53,388 nucleotides of DNA from Vicugna vicugna. Taxonomy: Eukaryota. The position numbers and the translations under genes are program-made. A model generated the notes under the pieces. That model did no database searches, was not told the origin of the DNA, and worked only from the letters and a program-made list of their open reading frames with translations. The DNA lies in assembly GCA_013265495.1 (NCBI GenBank), contig MU058478.1, positions 647,349 to 700,736 on the forward strand, read 5' to 3'. Shown here in pieces: positions 49,341 through 53,388 of the stretch. Each line of letters opens with the position of its first letter. The first letter of the stretch is position 1.

Positions 49341-50230
49341 CATGCCCAGAGACCGACATTTCTGAGGGCTGGTTCAATGAATCAACTCCCTTCTCTAATA
49401 AACAAAAATGGCCAGACATGACCCGTGGGGCTGAGGGGAGATTTCCGTGAGATAATGGAAGGAAATCTAATCCAGATTTTCTGTAGCAGCCGGCACTTCA
49501 TTCTTTTTTTTTTTTTTAACCAATTACTGTTTCTAGTTTAACTGCACATCTCACAGAGTTCAGGGAACCATCAAAATAACTCTCAAAGCCTCCCTCGTTA
49601 AGACTAACACCAGACATCACTCTGTTTCTCATCTTCATTATGCACATACTGAACTAAAAAAACTGTCAATCAAGGGAAACAGAGGAGTCCAGAAAGGGAC
49701 CTTCTGCTGTACGTGTGCCACCACCGGCAGAGTTTAATTCAAAAACAAAAGCAGAAGGACACATTAATTGGGAAAGCTGACAGCACACCTTTTGTGAGGG
49801 TCACTTCATCGTGAGTAATGATCCGGGTTTAGATAGACCGAGAGGAGACACGTAACGGGGTCCTAACTCCTTCACATACCGCAGAGGAGCCTCCTTGCCC
49901 CGTGGGACATCATTCTGAAATTCACCGCACGGATGCTGGTTATCCAACTTCCTCCAAAGTAAGATGGCCATGTAAGAATTAAGGAATAACACAAAGGTTA
50001 ACATTGGCCTCACAGGAAATTTCAAGAAATATACCTCTTGTTTGATAGGCTTTGCTTCCGACCATTTTCAGTGGTTTGGGGCAGGTCAGAAGAATCGTCT
50101 GTCCCCAAAATACATCCCCACCTGCTCGGTAATGCCTTCAACTGCTTCACCAGATGCATCCGAATCACCCCAGCACTGACTTGCAGTGCTTGTACTGGGT
50201 GGTTCTGGTAGTGAATTCGTTGGTGGAGGC

Positions 50231-50382
50231 TGTGGACCGAGTGTTCATATTCCCCCTAAATGCATGTGTTGAAACGCACATCTCCAGTGTGATAGTATCA
50301 GGTGGGGTCTTTGGAAGGTAACTGGGTCACAAGGATGGATCCCTCATCACTGGGATTGGTGCCTTTACAAGGAGAGACATGA
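50231..50382 (+). mobile_element. MLT1A-like MaLR LTR, 5' part
   Basis: TGTGGACCGAGTGTT...CCCCCTAAATGCATGTGTTGAAAC...GGTGGGGTCTTTGGAAGGTAA...TGGGATTGGTGCCTTTACAAGGAGAGAC. Confidence 0.88.
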
Positions 50383-50808
50383 CCATCATTTATCCAGATG
50401 ACTGGATAAAGAAGATGTGGTATATATTTTCACAATGGAATACTATTCAGCCATGAAAAAGAGTGAACTCATGCCATTTGCAGAAGCATGCATGGACCTG
50501 GAGGGCATCCTGCTAAATGAAATAAGTCAGACAGAGAAAGGCAAATACTGTAGGTGGAATCTAAAAAAGACCACAAACTAGTGAGTGTAACAGAAAAGAA
50601 GCAGACTCGCAGATATGGAGAATAAATGAGTGGTTACCAGTGGGGAGAAGGTGGGAGGTGCAAGGCAGGGGTGGAAGAGTGGGAGGCACGAACTATTGGG
50701 TATAAGATAAGTTCAAGGATGTATTGTACAACACAGGTAATAAAGCCAATATTTCATTATTACTGTAAATGGAAAGTAACCTTTAAAAATTGTAAAAAAA
50801 AAAAAATT
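50383..50808 (+). mobile_element. 5'-truncated L1 inserted into MLT1A
   Basis: GATGACTGGATAAAGAAGATGTGGTATATA...CCATTTGCAG...ATGGACCTGGAGGGCAT...AACCTTTAAAAATTGT plus poly(A). Confidence 0.94.
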
Positions 50809-50915
50809 AAAGAAGAGACACAAGAAAGCTTTGTCTCTTTCTCTCTCTCTCTGTCCCCACCAGGTGAGGACACAGCTAGGAGATAGCTCTCTACAGGCCA
50901 AGAACAGCACCATCC
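50809..50915 (+). mobile_element. MLT1A-like LTR continuation
   Basis: AAGAAGAGACAC...TCTCTCTCTGTCCCCACCAGGTGAGGACACAGCTAGGAGATAGC...CTACAGGCCAAGAA. Confidence 0.8.
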
Positions 50916-53388
50916 TCGCACTGACCAGTCAGCCTCCCCTGCCCTTTCCATGGGCCAATCACAGCACAGCTCCGGTGGAGCTCAGCAGAAGAGCCCCGTC
51001 TGTTCAAGAGGTGACTCCCTCCCAGGAGGCTGGACCCGAGGGCCACTCAGAGACACAACAGGGGGTGAGTTTGTGTGACACGGTGGGAGGCCCCGGTGGA
51101 CAGTGGAGTGAGCGGACACCTCAATTAGAAGAACAGGAGATTCTGCGTCCTTCTGCCCCACGGGGGCAGAGTCAAAGGACAAGCTGAGTCTGAGCAGAGA
51201 TCACAGATGGAGGTTTGCAAGGCTGCCAAGACGCCCAGGTGTGGTGGGGAAATTAGACAGTCACTTGGCCATCTTGGGTTTTGATTTTGTCACAAAGCTA
51301 CTGAAGGGTTACACATTTTATAACTTAAATTCCCTAGAAATATGTTAAAAATAAGTCATCATGCAAATGTACCATAAGTGCCATGCAAGCAGACCCCAGC
51401 ATGGTTTAGGCTCCAAACCAAGCTCCATGTACAGGGCCCAGCGCAGAGGAGGACCTGGACACACCGTGTGAGCAAATGAGTAAGTCACCGTGCACTTCCA
51501 AAGTCAAACACCAATGTCCTCCTCCACGCTTTGTGAAAATAGTAAAAAACACAGCAGAACAACGGATCTCCAAGCCAACCTATGGTCTGACTGGTGACTA
51601 TCTCCTTGTGACCACTTCCTCCTCTTGGGTACTTATAACTGAGTCCTCCAAAATATGTTCTAAGTTCTTCTGTTGTCAGAATCCAGCTCCCTGGTCCACC
51701 TCTCCCACCTCTTCTCTTTCATGGGAACCCTTGGGAAATTTCTGAGGACCTTGAGTAACACCACATAACTTTGTTCCTTTCCCTTTGGAGGTAGATTGAA
51801 TTATAAGAACTGAAACTATTTTTATTCTATTCAAGTTAGTGGCATCAAGGGCCACGTGTCCCTTTTCCATCAAATAGACCTACGCTAAGGAAAAAGAAGC
51901 CATAACACAGGAGGATCTCTTTTCAAAGCCTCTCTGAAACTTTAACAGTGTTTGTGGTGCTTCTTCTAGACTAGTCGAGAAAAAGAACCTTGCCCCAGAT
52001 GAGGCGAGAGGGTGGTATGGAGGGTCAGCCATGAGTCCACTCTGTCTGACAGAAGCAGAAAGACACAGGGTGTCAGGGCATCTCCTCCCACCCCCTCACA
52101 CTGCTCTCATTCTGCCCCCAGAGCTCAAAGTGGCAGAAGACCCAATTCTTGATCTCCAGACCTTCAGCCACCAAGCAGGACAACCTGTGGCTGTGCAAAG
52201 AAATCCCCACCTTAGGCACAAGCATGATGGAAGGTGTCTGTGCAAAATCGGAATTGTGCTTGGCATCATCTCAGGGGATAGAGAGGTGGCAAGAGCCCTG
52301 CTTGAATTCTGTCTCGTGGTTTCCAGACACTTATTTCCTTCTTGAAGTGCCCTCCTTAATCCAAGACATCACCCCTCTCCACATCCCCACTGCTGAAGCC
52401 AGAGCCCTCAACGTCTCTCACTCAGACTATTCAAATAGTGCCAGGAGTGTGTCTCCAAGTCAGTTATCCACACTGCAGGCAGGAATGTCCCTGAGAGATG
52501 GTGCCCAGATCATGTCACTTACCTAAGAGCCTAAGTAGAGTCTCTCCTTGCCTTCGAGGTTCTGTAAAACCTGCCTTTCCCAAGACCACACAGGCTTTTT
52601 TTTTTATTGTTCTCCTTTTTTGTTTGTTTGTTTATTTGTCCTTCCTGTGGCCAAGTTATTCAGCTCTTTACTCAAATTTTGTGGGCAACTCAGAATTCTT
52701 CTGGTGATGTTTAAGAAACAAAACCAGAGCCCATTTATATAGCTTGCAACCAGAAGCCCCAGATGGACACATAGTGACTCCAAAGTGAAAAACACGGCTC
52801 CTCCCAGCACATGCCTTCTTGTCACCTCTATCTTCTCAACAGGTGGCCATCCCGGCCCTTCTACCAACTGACTATTTCACCTTGCCGATCTCCTTGACAT
52901 TTCTGGATCTCAGCTCAATCATCAGTCCTGTGGAGATTTTGATAACCCCTCTTAATGTCATTCTCTTGGAATTTATGAATACATCCGTGAAGTAAGATAG
53001 AAGTAGAGAGACACTTTCATAAGGATAAAGCATTATACAGTGCAGGCATTCATGGCCTTCATTTAGGGAAAGAGAAGAAGAAAAATGAATGGGCTCAGTG
53101 AGCTAGAATTTTCCACTTTGCACTTCTGTTTACATCACCATGCCAGAAAACGTTCCTTTCTGTTGTGTTTCTAAATCTTTGCAATTTGCACAAGACCTTA
53201 AATCTACCGTTTAAAGGGTTTGTATGAAAGTTCAGGAGTATTTTGAAGAAAATTGGCACCTTTTACCGTATCTTTTTTGTAGACCTTCCTAGATAGAGAA
53301 CAACGAGGGCCAAAAGATCCTCGTGAAAATGTTCATGCAACTTAATTTATTAGTTGTTGAAATAATTAGTGGATTATCATCATTTTTT

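Overview
This is mammalian non-coding genomic DNA, very probably from a camelid (camel/alpaca/llama). The assignment rests on four tRNA-derived SINEs matching the camelid Vic-1-type pattern (GGGGAGGGTATAGCTCAGTGGTAGAG...GCATGCTTAGCATGC...GGTTCAATCCCC...TAAACCTAATTACC) and on artiodactyl-type L1 3' ends. I found no credible protein-coding exon, RNA gene or CRISPR array. The ORF track is explained by chance, by microsatellites or by L1 ORF2 relics. The window looks like a large intron or gene desert. It holds young and old L1s, L2, MIR, MaLR/ERVL/ERV1 solo LTRs, hAT DNA-transposon relics, several simple and higher-order tandem repeats, and AT-rich homeobox-motif blocks that could be enhancers. 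The most notable observations are: (i) nested insertions with readable target-site duplications, including two SINEs inside a single TSD pair; (ii) a SINE-head/L1-tail composite; (iii) higher-order structure in the GATA array and a triplicated MIR end; (iv) weak CpG depletion, CACGTG excess and AT-to-GC drift in TE copies, suggesting GC-biased gene conversion. I could not support a new biological system from this sequence. Repeat-family names come from recalled consensus similarity, not database searches, and boundaries are approximate.
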